From Rhizobium sp. Q54 (GTDB taxonomy: Bacteria; Pseudomonadota; Alphaproteobacteria; UBA7879; VGCX01), in contig CAMBTM010000003.1 in NCBI GenBank assembly GCA_945870825.1, positions 5,290 through 69,289 on the forward strand: DNA of 64,000 bases, given 5' to 3'. Under the pieces are notes generated by a model. It made no database searches and was not told the origin of the DNA. It worked only from the letters and a program-made list of their open reading frames with translations. Positions 30,605-40,385 of this stretch are shown one piece after another. Position 1 is the first letter of the stretch; the number at the start of each line of letters is the position of its first letter. The position numbers were made by a program, and so were the translations under genes.

Positions 30605-30927
30605 GGGGTATCTTGAGAGGTCCGCTGGTACAATTTTGGATTCCACATGCTTTCCAAATCGTACAAGACTCTCGTTTCAGCCAAGAATAAATGTACGATC
30701 ACATCGCCTAAGTCCAAAATGACCCAGCCGGACGCATCCGTTCCTTCAAGGCGGGTGTGGCCAATACCCAAGGCTTTGGCTTTTTCTTGGGCATAGAGGG
30801 CCAAGGCGTGCAGATGCCGTTGGCTGGTTCCTGTTGCAATCAGAAGAAAATCACCAATGCTGGATTTTCCATTCAGATCAATGACAGTAATATCAACAGC
30901 TTTGTGCTGATCGAGGACCGCCTCCAT
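30601..30927 (-). CDS. rsfS: Ribosomal silencing factor RsfS (iojap family)
   Basis: ..HKAVDITVIDLNGKSSIGDFLLIATGTSQRHLHAL..GWVILDLGDVIVHLF... The frame is open a further 16 codons upstream to an ATT with a good SD (see findings). Confidence 0.9.
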   Translation of the reverse strand: MEAVLDQHKAVDITVIDLNGKSSIGDFLLIATGTSQRHLHALALYAQEKAKALGIGHTRLEGTDASGWVILDLGDVIVHLFLAETRVLYDLESMWNPKLYQRTSQDTP

Positions 30928-31017
30928 GGATTCACAGAGTTTAACGGCGTCGGTTTTGGTTTTTTTACTAGAAATAGGTGTCTCCTTAAATATTTTCTTT
31001 ATATACCACTAAACCAT

Positions 31018-34000
31018 TTAAAATGTCTCGATGATTTTTTGTGCGTCAATCCAAAGCAGGAAAGTTTGAACGGTATGGGTGGGGTAAATTTTCTTGAGGA
31101 TGTCTTTGTAGATCCTCATTTGTTCCACATATCCTGCAGGGGGTATCTCACTGAACGATCCTGTTTTATAGTCCACGATATGAATCGTATTTTCATGGAT
31201 CCAGAGAAAGTCCATGGTACCTTTAATAACCTGATGATTCTGCGTATCAACTGACTGCAAGGGGACTTCCGTTAAAATGGCGCCTTTCTGGAAATAGGGA
31301 CTCAGACGCTTCATGCTTTCTTGAAGGACTATTATGCTTTCTGCAGTTTCCATCGCTGTTAGATGCTCTGATAGAAAATGCCTTGTCATCGTCATCCGGT
31401 CTTTCCCTGGATCTTTTACCAACCACTCCAAGGCTTTATGCAGGAGGGTTCCACGGTCTTTTTGGGAAATGGAATAGGAAATACCCGGACTTTTTTTCTC
31501 ATCATCATGGGTCATTCCAGACGGCGTGATTCTTTTAAAAACGGGTTCGTTTTTGACCGGTTCAAAAAGCCATGAGGGGTGGGGAATTTTATTTTCCACA
31601 GGTGCTGTATGGACGGTGGTTGAGGGGATGACAATTCTTTCTTTGTGGAGATACAAACCCTTTCCATCGGCAAAAGGTTCCATAACATCTTTTGCCCCCT
31701 CCAAAATCACTTGGTACCAACTCTTTTCATCCAGGCCATTTTTAGGCTGCCAGCCACAGATATAAAGTTCATCTTCTGCTCGGGTGAGTGCTACATAAAG
31801 GAGGCGATAATATTCAGCCATCTCATCAAAATGGGGATGGAGGTTTTTAATTTTATCTGTTTTAAACCGCGCCTTGGGACACCAAAATAAAAGGGGGTTT
31901 TCTGGATCATCATCCCAAAAAAGGGTAGAGCGACTTAAGGGTACTTGAGTGGTGTCGGGAAGAAAGACGATGGGGGCTTGAAGACCTTTGGCACCGTGTA
32001 CGGTCATGATACGGACTTTATCCCCGTCCCCTTCCAGGTTCCGTTTGATTTCCATATTTTCTTGGCGGATCCATGCAACAAATTCTTGAAGAGATCCGAT
32101 GTGTTCGTTAGAGAATGTAAGGGCTAGATTTAAAAATTCTTCAAGGGCATCTTCCACCTCAGTTCCAAGGCGTGCCACCATTTTTTGATGTCCCCCAAGG
32201 GTATTAAGGATGTGGCTATAAAGGTCAAAGGGAGAGAGAAAATCAACCTGATTCATCAGATCCGTTAGGAAATTAAAAGAATGAAAATATATGTCTTTTT
32301 CAAGGATTTTGTTTTTTAAAACATGCCAAAGACTACGATGACCACGTCCATAGGCCAAGTCAAAAAGATCGTCCTCGGTCATACCGACAAGAGGACCTTT
32401 TAAAACCGTTGCCAACGATAAATCATCTTCTGGCAGCAGCAAAAAGTCACTTAACACCAAAAGATCCATCACGCCAATGTTATCGGTGAGGACCAAGCGA
32501 TCAACGCCTGTTACAGGGATTCCATGATTTTTAAGGGCACGGACCAGTTCTTCCACAAAGGCATCCCGACGTCTGACCAGAATCATAATATCTTGGGGTT
32601 GGATGGGTCTGTTTTTGGAGGTAAGTATTTTACCGCCCATCATCCATCCTTGAATTTCTTGGGCAATTTTCTGGGCTAGGTCTTTCCTGGGATTGCTGGT
32701 TTTTATTTGTTTGTTGGGTATGGACCAAGCAGATCTCTCTTCTTTTTCTTGGGACGTGATCAACGGCCAAATTTCTACGTGGCCCCCATGATCTATACGG
32801 TGGACACTATGAGCAAGATACGGGAGATCAAGACCAAGAGGTGATAATCGTGGACTTTTTTGAAACACACTGTCCACCAGGGATAAAATAGGTTCCGTTG
32901 ATCGAAAGGATGTTGAAAGATTAACATCCTTCCAAGGATGCCCCGCGGTTGTTGATGCGTTTTTAAAAAAGTCTTTCATCGATTGAAACGCTGCAGGATT
33001 TGCCCCTTGAAAACTATAGATTGACTGTTTCATGTCACCCACCACAAAAAGGGTACGGGGAGTTTCAGGATCTTCTCTAAAAAATTCTTCCGCGATAGAA
33101 CCGATCACTTGCCATTGGTATTCGTTTGTATCCTGGGCTTCATCTACCAAAATATGTTGAATACCCCCATCCAATTTATAAAGAACCCACGGGGCAATAT
33201 CGGGTTTTTGAAACAAATTAGCAGTGAGGTGGATGAGGTCATCATAATCCAAAAGAGCCCCTGACGCTTTGAGGGTTTTATAGTCTTGAAAACAACAGAG
33301 GATAAAGGTGAGGAAAGCGTCTGTTGCTTCAGCGACGATGCTCTGGTGATAAAGGGTTTCAAGCTGCTGGAGACGGTCTGCCTCATCACTAAAAAAGGAC
33401 AAAATTTCTGGATTCCTTTTAGAGATATCTGCCGCCACGAAAGACTTTCGTTTTCCCCCTGTGGTGGTTAAAAAAATCGATTGATACGCTCGGAATTGGT
33501 GGGCCCGCTCAAGGGGTGTCAGGGTTACCCATTTTTTAAGGAAAAGTCCCATTTTTTGATCTTTTTGAGAACTTTCAGCCAAAAGCGGAAGAATTTTTAA
33601 AAAATCACCATGGGATGTAAACGCTTCCTCCAAAAGTTTGAGCGGGGATAGGTGCAATGGAATACTGAGGGCGCCATAAACTTTTTCAGCAAGTTTATCA
33701 AAAGAAGGTGTGTGGGTTAACAAGGCGTCCACCTTGGGGCGTTTGTGGCATAAAGACCACAACAGATCAAAAAGTTGGGTGGGTGAGGCGTGCTTGGACA
33801 AAACATCCAACAGACTGTGAGACAAAATACTCAACGTCTTTTGAAATGCTTCTTTCAAAAGTCCATAACTTTTGGCCTCATCCATCACTGTGAAATGAGG
33901 GGGAATATCAGCCTCCAGTGGAAACTTTTTCAAAATGGTTTGGCAGAAGGAATGGATCGTTTGGATCTTCATGCCCCCTGGTGTATCGATCACTGTTTGG

Positions 34001-34329
34001 AAAAGTTTTTTGGCCTTTTTAATCTCATCTCCTGTTGCGGGACGACTCAAGAGCCCCCCCAGTTCTGCTCTTAATGTTTCTTCAGGAAGCGCTGCCCAGG
34101 TTGCAAGTTTTTCTTGAATACGGTTTGCCATTTCTGCTGCTGCTGCCTTTGTAAACGTAAGGCACAAAATATGTTCTGCTGGGGCCCCCATGAGTAATAA
34201 ATTCAGCACGCGGTCTGTCAGGACTTTTGTTTTACCTGTACCAGCAGAGGCCTCAACCCAACAAGAATGGGCGGGAGACGTCGCATCGCGTTGCTCAAGA
34301 GAGGAATGAATCATGGGTTTAACCGCCAT
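31018..34329 (-). CDS. addA: Double-strand break repair helicase-nuclease AddA
   Basis: 1103 aa. UvrD-type helicase (..VEASAGTGKTKVLTDR.., ..ILVDEAQDTN..) plus C-terminal PD-(D/E)XK nuclease (..MDFLWIHENTIHIVDYKTG..). Confidence 0.9.
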   Translation of the reverse strand: MAVKPMIHSSLEQRDATSPAHSCWVEASAGTGKTKVLTDRVLNLLLMGAPAEHILCLTFTKAAAAEMANRIQEKLATWAALPEETLRAELGGLLSRPATGDEIKKAKKLFQTVIDTPGGMKIQTIHSFCQTILKKFPLEADIPPHFTVMDEAKSYGLLKEAFQKTLSILSHSLLDVLSKHASPTQLFDLLWSLCHKRPKVDALLTHTPSFDKLAEKVYGALSIPLHLSPLKLLEEAFTSHGDFLKILPLLAESSQKDQKMGLFLKKWVTLTPLERAHQFRAYQSIFLTTTGGKRKSFVAADISKRNPEILSFFSDEADRLQQLETLYHQSIVAEATDAFLTFILCCFQDYKTLKASGALLDYDDLIHLTANLFQKPDIAPWVLYKLDGGIQHILVDEAQDTNEYQWQVIGSIAEEFFREDPETPRTLFVVGDMKQSIYSFQGANPAAFQSMKDFFKNASTTAGHPWKDVNLSTSFRSTEPILSLVDSVFQKSPRLSPLGLDLPYLAHSVHRIDHGGHVEIWPLITSQEKEERSAWSIPNKQIKTSNPRKDLAQKIAQEIQGWMMGGKILTSKNRPIQPQDIMILVRRRDAFVEELVRALKNHGIPVTGVDRLVLTDNIGVMDLLVLSDFLLLPEDDLSLATVLKGPLVGMTEDDLFDLAYGRGHRSLWHVLKNKILEKDIYFHSFNFLTDLMNQVDFLSPFDLYSHILNTLGGHQKMVARLGTEVEDALEEFLNLALTFSNEHIGSLQEFVAWIRQENMEIKRNLEGDGDKVRIMTVHGAKGLQAPIVFLPDTTQVPLSRSTLFWDDDPENPLLFWCPKARFKTDKIKNLHPHFDEMAEYYRLLYVALTRAEDELYICGWQPKNGLDEKSWYQVILEGAKDVMEPFADGKGLYLHKERIVIPSTTVHTAPVENKIPHPSWLFEPVKNEPVFKRITPSGMTHDDEKKSPGISYSISQKDRGTLLHKALEWLVKDPGKDRMTMTRHFLSEHLTAMETAESIIVLQESMKRLSPYFQKGAILTEVPLQSVDTQNHQVIKGTMDFLWIHENTIHIVDYKTGSFSEIPPAGYVEQMRIYKDILKKIYPTHTVQTFLLWIDAQKIIETF

Positions 34330-37091
34330 TCTTTAATGCGTGCGAGATGATGATAATCATCATAAAGACCCGCTTCATAGGGAATAGAAAGATAGGGCGT
34401 TGAAGGATCATTAAAGGTTTCAATGAGATCTCTAAGCCCTTCATCAGTCACATCCAAAAGACCAATCAAATCCTTTGTGTATTGGGTTATGGTGCCCCCT
34501 TCCATATCACCTTGGAGTTTCCAAAATGACAATGCATGAATTGTTGTCGGTGTGATCTTATCAAAACCCCCGTGACGCAGAATAAGCGCTTCTAGAGCGA
34601 GTTGGGGGGCAAGTCCTTTTTCCATTTCTTTCTGGGTTGGAATGCTCCCCGTTTTATAGTCAATAATCGTCCAGCCTTCAGGATTTTCTTCAATGCGATC
34701 GGCTTTGCCGATGAGGGTAAAGGTATCAAAAGACCATGTCCCTTTTACCTCTTCAAAATGCCGCAGAGGTAGGCCCATGTCTTTGGTTGTTTGAATAAAC
34801 CAATCAAGAATCCTTTCAAAACGACACCACCACAAGAACTGCTCAGAACAATTTTCAAAATACCGCTGAAAAAATTGTTGACCCAACGCCATCCCATTTT
34901 CTTTAGTCACGGGACCCTTCATAAGGTGTTCGAGAATTTCATGGACAAAGATACCAAATTCCAGAGGCCCTGCTTGATAGTCAAGGGGCTTGAGCGGTTT
35001 GAGTTTCAAGATATGTTTAGCATAAACGCTATAAGGGTCATGCATCAATGTTGTAACATCTGTGATGGATAGGCTTTTGGGTCTTGTATCAAGGGGGGGG
35101 CAGGGGCTTGGGGGTGATAATAATAGGCGCTCTTTTGGTTTATGAAGATCTTGGGATAAAGTCAAAAGAGTATCATCTATCTTGAGGGACAAGTTGTTCT
35201 GTTTCAAATATGACTGAAAGCGGCTTAGAAGACGAGAGGGAACAGTGGGGGATCCCCCAGATCGCATCGACCGCGTCAGTAATACCTGCTCGCAAGATGC
35301 GGCATGGATAAAGTCCAGGGATGAAAGACCCACGCGACGTTCATGATCGGGAAGTCCAAATTTTTTCCGCATAGCTTGGTTGAACCATGGATCACTAGAA
35401 GGCTTAGGGGGCCAGGCATTTTCGTTAAGCCCTCCTAAAATCATGAAATCTGCTGGGATGAGACGGGCCTCAATTAGTCCCAAAATTGTGAGACGGGGAT
35501 GAAGGGCATATTTTTGTCGAACCGTGACAAGTGAAATAAAATGCCTAAAACATGTACTATAATCATTGCCTTTTTGAAGCAAGAAGGATGGGGTATCCAT
35601 GTGTTCCAAAAAGATCTGAAAGGCTTGGGTTTCTTCGTTATCGTTAAACATCAATAGTGGATCTTGACTCAGGATTTTCAAGATATGTTTATGGTAATCC
35701 CAGAGCTCCTGAAATGAGACATTTTCTTTTAAAGCAAATAGCTTAGCATCGTTAATAACCGTCTTTATGAACATAAATTGGTCATCATCGAGGACAATAC
35801 GGTGGAAGGGAGTTCCCTTTCTAAGGAAGTCTTTTTCTAACGTTTGTCCAAGATTTTTAAAGGTTTTCGCATGGGGATGTTTAAGCGTTGCAAGAAGGGT
35901 CACAGGAGGAACGGTTTCTTGAAACCATTCGCTGGTCAAAAGACAAAAGATACCCAAAGGTGTTTGGGAAAAAGGGGTGCCAGCGGAATCATTAGCCCGG
36001 ATTTTCCAACGTTTGAGATCATTGATGACCCGCTTAGCAAGATCTCTGTCAGGCGTGATAAAAGCAATAGTTTTTGTTATATCTTCGAGAGCTTCTCGAA
36101 TGGCGAGAGCAATGACAGCGGATTCTTCTTGGGGGTGTGCACATTGTGTAAGACGGATGGTCGCGATTCCCTTTTCAACCTCTTCCTTGGTTAAGGTCTT
36201 TGGCGTTTCTTGAAACATTTCCCCCATAATATGGGTACGGGGATGGGGCGTTATGCAAGGAGGTACAAAAGGTTCTACATCAACGGGATCAATCTCTAGA
36301 ATTTTTAAAAGATGTTGCATCGTATGTTGGGGATGGGACGAGACTACATTGACCTGCACTGCAGGATCCAACCCTGGAAGAATGACCTGTCCTTTTGGTA
36401 ATCGACTGATGGTTTTAAGCAACGCGGCGGTTGCGGGGATACTGCCCGTTGATCCCGCTGCAATCACAGGATAAGCCGGCGGATTCTGCTCCCAATCCGC
36501 ATTGCGACGTTCAAGCAAAAGTCTTTGGACTGTGGCCCGTTCAATCTTTCCTTTTTGTACAAGAAGCTTGGGCCATGCATCACCAATCATATCGAGAAAA
36601 TGGAGCGTAATTTGCCAATGCGCCGCGTAATCGTCTGGCACCAAATTCTTCAGTTCCTGAAAACTTAGTCCTTCGGTTTGTACTTGATTAATAAACGTAA
36701 TAAGAGTTGCGGCAAGACTTGCAGCTTGGGATGTCTTAAGAGGTTTTTGTTCTTTTTGATAAAAGTCTTGGACCATGCCTGTGAGTAACCCAAGGCGTTC
36801 TTCTTCCGTGATTAAAGGGGGAAGGTCTTTCATAAACTCACAAGAGTCCAAAGAAGACAAGGCAATATCATCCATATCCATACCGCCCAAGGGAATAAGC
36901 GTTGGAAGAAGGGTGCTATGGGTAGGGGAATGATGGGTTAAAATCTCGGCCAGTTTCAAACAGGCCCGCTGGGTTGGCAATAAAACACTATGCTGGGCCA
37001 AAGCAATAGGGGTGTTTTCGGTCAAAAGATGCTGGGCAAGCGTCTTTAAGAAAGGAAGGTGGGGGGGGATAAAGGAAACACGTCCCGTCAC
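34311..37091 (-). CDS. addB: Double-strand break repair protein AddB
   Basis: 926 aa directly upstream of and overlapping addA by 19 bp. C-terminal nuclease motif ..GKADRIEENPEGWTIIDYKTGS.., the alphaproteobacterial AddB layout. Confidence 0.88.
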   Translation of the reverse strand: MTGRVSFIPPHLPFLKTLAQHLLTENTPIALAQHSVLLPTQRACLKLAEILTHHSPTHSTLLPTLIPLGGMDMDDIALSSLDSCEFMKDLPPLITEEERLGLLTGMVQDFYQKEQKPLKTSQAASLAATLITFINQVQTEGLSFQELKNLVPDDYAAHWQITLHFLDMIGDAWPKLLVQKGKIERATVQRLLLERRNADWEQNPPAYPVIAAGSTGSIPATAALLKTISRLPKGQVILPGLDPAVQVNVVSSHPQHTMQHLLKILEIDPVDVEPFVPPCITPHPRTHIMGEMFQETPKTLTKEEVEKGIATIRLTQCAHPQEESAVIALAIREALEDITKTIAFITPDRDLAKRVINDLKRWKIRANDSAGTPFSQTPLGIFCLLTSEWFQETVPPVTLLATLKHPHAKTFKNLGQTLEKDFLRKGTPFHRIVLDDDQFMFIKTVINDAKLFALKENVSFQELWDYHKHILKILSQDPLLMFNDNEETQAFQIFLEHMDTPSFLLQKGNDYSTCFRHFISLVTVRQKYALHPRLTILGLIEARLIPADFMILGGLNENAWPPKPSSDPWFNQAMRKKFGLPDHERRVGLSSLDFIHAASCEQVLLTRSMRSGGSPTVPSRLLSRFQSYLKQNNLSLKIDDTLLTLSQDLHKPKERLLLSPPSPCPPLDTRPKSLSITDVTTLMHDPYSVYAKHILKLKPLKPLDYQAGPLEFGIFVHEILEHLMKGPVTKENGMALGQQFFQRYFENCSEQFLWWCRFERILDWFIQTTKDMGLPLRHFEEVKGTWSFDTFTLIGKADRIEENPEGWTIIDYKTGSIPTQKEMEKGLAPQLALEALILRHGGFDKITPTTIHALSFWKLQGDMEGGTITQYTKDLIGLLDVTDEGLRDLIETFNDPSTPYLSIPYEAGLYDDYHHLARIKEWRLNP

Positions 37092-37819
37092 GCAGATTTT
37101 TCCCCATGCTGATCCTTGTGCTGTTCAAACCATTCTCGTGTAGAGGCAAGATGTTCGGGCGTGCCTACATGAAACCAAAGCCCTTTGAGTTCAAGGCCGT
37201 AAAGTTCACCTTTTTCTTCCAGACCATCATAGACAGCTTTGAGGGAAAACCGACCTGGCTCAAGCCCTTTGAAAATGCTAGGACGTAGAATTTGAATGCC
37301 TGAGAAAACGTATGTTGCTTTTTCCCCAGGTTCTTTTTGTCTAAGGACACCATGACTGTTCATATTATAGTCCCCATCCCCTTGATATCCTCTCGCTTTA
37401 TCGAGGGGAACCATCAGCAGTAACGCTTGCATATCTTTTTTCCAAGATTGAGACAGTTCTTTGAGACAATTTGCTTTTTGATCAGACCATACAACATCTC
37501 CGTTAATGACAAAAAATGGTTCTTCGCCAAACGCAGGTAATGCCTTCACAACGCCACCGCCCGTTTCTAAGGGACGATCTTCATCGGAAAAATGAATGGT
37601 GGGCGATGCTCTTTTTTCAAGATGTTCATGGAGCATATCCCCAAGGTACGACGTATTAACCACCACATCCTTGACACCAATTTCTTCCAAATGGTCCAAA
37701 ATATGATCAATCATGGGGGCGCCGTCCACACTAATGAGGGGCTTGGGACAAGTATCCGTCAAGGGTCGCATGCGTTCCCCCCGGCCGGCTGCTAAAATCA
37801 TCGCTTTATTAATTATCAT
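37088..37819 (-). CDS. murU: Nucleotidyltransferase, MurU-like (N-acetylmuramate-1-phosphate uridylyltransferase)
   Basis: ATG at 37819 (MIINKAMILAAGRGERMRPLTDTCPKPL..). NTP_transferase G-x-G-x-R motif. Position between amgK and addB as in other alphaproteobacteria. Confidence 0.75.
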   Translation of the reverse strand: MIINKAMILAAGRGERMRPLTDTCPKPLISVDGAPMIDHILDHLEEIGVKDVVVNTSYLGDMLHEHLEKRASPTIHFSDEDRPLETGGGVVKALPAFGEEPFFVINGDVVWSDQKANCLKELSQSWKKDMQALLLMVPLDKARGYQGDGDYNMNSHGVLRQKEPGEKATYVFSGIQILRPSIFKGLEPGRFSLKAVYDGLEEKGELYGLELKGLWFHVGTPEHLASTREWFEQHKDQHGEKSA

Positions 37820-38816
37820 GTAATATACCTCTTTTCTCCGGTGGGATATGGGTGTCAAACCAACGGCGAATGTCTAATAGATTATCATGTTTTAAATCAT
37901 TTTCCAGCCATTTCCATGCACGGGGCAAAAAGGCCATATAATGGGGACGCTTGTCTTGGATTAACATACGGGAGAAAACCCCAATGATACGGGTGATACG
38001 TTGGGCCCCCAGAGTATAATATTGGGCCATAAAAGCCTCTTCGTCCAAATATGAAAAGTGAGATAAATACTTTTGTATCAACTTTTTAGCCATGACTTGA
38101 TCAACGTCCTGGCGAACATCTTCAAAAAGTGATACCAGATCATAACTTTGGCCCCCAAGCGCCGCATCTTGAAAATCCAAAAGACCACAACGTTGATGAT
38201 CTTTGCGGTCCTTAAGCCACAAGAGATTATCCACATGAAAATCTCTTAAAATCAGGGTTTTTGGTGCATTGTTTAAAATTTTAAAGGCCTCGTGCCAGCT
38301 ATCCGTCCACGCGTCCTTGATGGCCTGGGTCACGTCTGTCCCGTGGATACGGGGGTAGTACCAGTCTAAAAATTGGTTGTTTTTTGTGAGCATTTCTTCT
38401 GTGCCATAAGCGGGAAGATCAGGACAAAGAGATACATCAAAGTTTTGATGAATTTGGATTAATGCGTCAACAGCTGTCTCATAAAGGGGGGTTGGATCCA
38501 TACCTTGTTTCAAACAATAGGTAAAGGTTGCATCCCCTAGATCTTCTAAAAGAATAAACCGCTGGGGCATGTCATAGCCCAAAACCTTGGGAGCTGAACA
38601 CCCTAAACTACCCAAAAGTTCGGCAATTTTGATAAAAGGCGCGATATGTTCGTTGTCACCATAAGCATCCATCAAAACAGCCGTCGTCCCATCTGGTTTG
38701 TTGAGTCGATAATAGTGGCGGTTAGAACAATCCCCGGCTAAAAAAAAGCATGAGGCGTCTGTCCATCCATTAACTTTAATAAAATTTTCCCGTAACGATT
38801 CTCGTAATTTATTCAT
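37809..38816 (-). CDS. amgK: Aminoglycoside-phosphotransferase-fold kinase, AmgK-like (MurNAc/GlcNAc anomeric kinase)
   Basis: 335 aa. APH-fold catalytic loop ..LILRDFHVDNLLWL.. and ..GLLDFQDAALG.. Confidence 0.75.
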   Translation of the reverse strand: MNKLRESLRENFIKVNGWTDASCFFLAGDCSNRHYYRLNKPDGTTAVLMDAYGDNEHIAPFIKIAELLGSLGCSAPKVLGYDMPQRFILLEDLGDATFTYCLKQGMDPTPLYETAVDALIQIHQNFDVSLCPDLPAYGTEEMLTKNNQFLDWYYPRIHGTDVTQAIKDAWTDSWHEAFKILNNAPKTLILRDFHVDNLLWLKDRKDHQRCGLLDFQDAALGGQSYDLVSLFEDVRQDVDQVMAKKLIQKYLSHFSYLDEEAFMAQYYTLGAQRITRIIGVFSRMLIQDKRPHYMAFLPRAWKWLENDLKHDNLLDIRRWFDTHIPPEKRGILHDN

Positions 38817-39276
38817 TGAATACTCTCGTTTTCCAAGTCCCTGAGGGAGTCAGTTTAACATGGTGTTCATGCTCTTGTTCAATGGAAAATTTCAAATTCA
38901 ACCTGTTTTCTGGTACAAAAGACCCTGCCCGACAGGGCCATTCAATCAACAATACGCCATGACTGAGGGCCTCTTCAAAGCCTGTTTCAAAAAGCTCCTC
39001 TTCATTTTTTAGGCGATAAAGATCAAAGTGCCAGATGGGATAGGTAGGGGTATCGTAAATCTGGACAAGATTAAAGGTGGGACTTGTCACATCAATGGGT
39101 TTTTGGACAAGACTTTGGATTAAAAAACGCGCAAAGGTTGTCTTGCCACTGCCAAGGGGTCCCTCGAGCGTCACAATATCGCCATTTTTTAATTGTCGGC
39201 CGAGCCGTTGAGCAAGGGTTTTGGTATGGTCTACACTAGACAAAAAGAGGGGCTGATCGAAAAATATCTTAGGCAT
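38809..39276 (-). CDS. tsaE: tRNA t6A37 biosynthesis ATPase TsaE
   Basis: 155 aa. ..TLEGPLGSGKTTFAR.., ..PTFNLVQIY....WHFDLYRL.. Confidence 0.9.
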   Translation of the reverse strand: MPKIFFDQPLFLSSVDHTKTLAQRLGRQLKNGDIVTLEGPLGSGKTTFARFLIQSLVQKPIDVTSPTFNLVQIYDTPTYPIWHFDLYRLKNEEELFETGFEEALSHGVLLIEWPCRAGSFVPENRLNLKFSIEQEHEHHVKLTPSGTWKTRVFNE

Positions 39277-39351
39277 TTGTAAAACGACAATAAAAGTTGT
39301 AAACTCAGCGTAATTTTTATCCTATTTTAGGACAGAATCCTAGGAAAACTT

Positions 39352-40362
39352 ATGACCGTACACAAAACAGATGTAGCCATCATTGGGGCGGGGCCTGTCG
39401 GCCTTTTCGCCATCTTTGAATGTGGTATGATGAATATGAAATGTCATGTGATTGACGCTTTGTCGGAAATCGGTGGACAATGTGTGGCGCTTTATCCAGA
39501 AAAACCCATTTATGATATTCCCGCCTGGCCCCGTATTTTGGCGAAAGACCTAATTGCGCGATTAGAAGAACAAGCAGCCCCTTTCAACCCAACCTACCAT
39601 TTGGGTCAAAATGTTGTGAAATTAGCAAAGCAGGAAGAAGGTACATGGCTTCTGGAAACGTCTAAAGGAATCAAGATTGAGGCAAAAGCTGTTGTGATTG
39701 CTGCAGGGGTTGGGGCCTTTGGGCCAAACCGTCCGCCTTTAGAGGGCATTGAAGATTTTGAAGAAAAAAGCGTCTTTTATTATGTGAAGGATCCCCAACG
39801 CTTTAAGGACAAAACCATTGTGATTGCAGGGGGTGGGGATTCGGCTATTGATTGGGCCTTGTCACTCGCACCTCTTGCAAAAAAAGTGTACGTTGTTCAC
39901 CGGCGGGATAAATTCCGAGCAGCCCCTGATAGCTTGAATAAGATAAAAGAACTGTCACAAGGGTCAAGCCTAGAACTTGTTGTACCCTATCAACTTGATA
40001 GCCTTGAAGGCCAAGATGGGATTTTGACAGGCGTTGGCGTGAAAACCCTGGAAGGAACAGAGCGCCTATTGCAGGCAGATATTTTGTTGCCATTTTTTGG
40101 TCTCTCCATGAATTTGGGCCCCATTGCAGAATGGGGACTCAATTTGGAACGCAACCACATTGAGGTATCCCCCATCGATAACAGCACATCAACCCGGGGG
40201 ATTTTTGCCATAGGTGACGTTGCGACTTACGAGAATAAGCAAAAATTAATCCTGACCGGCTTTGCGGAAGCTGCGCGTGCCGCTTGTGTGATGCGTTCCT
40301 TGGTTTATCCAGGGGAAGTGTTTCATTTTGAATATTCCACAACGCAAGGGGTGCCAAAATAG
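39352..40362 (+). CDS. Ferredoxin-NADP+ reductase, thioredoxin-reductase-like type
   Basis: 336 aa. ..DVAIIGAGPVGLFAIFECG.., ..GGQCVALYPEKPIYDIPAWP.., second Rossmann ..IVIAGGGDSAIDWAL.., ..FAIGDVATY.. Confidence 0.85.
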   Translation: MTVHKTDVAIIGAGPVGLFAIFECGMMNMKCHVIDALSEIGGQCVALYPEKPIYDIPAWPRILAKDLIARLEEQAAPFNPTYHLGQNVVKLAKQEEGTWLLETSKGIKIEAKAVVIAAGVGAFGPNRPPLEGIEDFEEKSVFYYVKDPQRFKDKTIVIAGGGDSAIDWALSLAPLAKKVYVVHRRDKFRAAPDSLNKIKELSQGSSLELVVPYQLDSLEGQDGILTGVGVKTLEGTERLLQADILLPFFGLSMNLGPIAEWGLNLERNHIEVSPIDNSTSTRGIFAIGDVATYENKQKLILTGFAEAARAACVMRSLVYPGEVFHFEYSTTQGVPK

Positions 40363-40385
40363 TCCGTTTTCGTTACCTCAGACAC

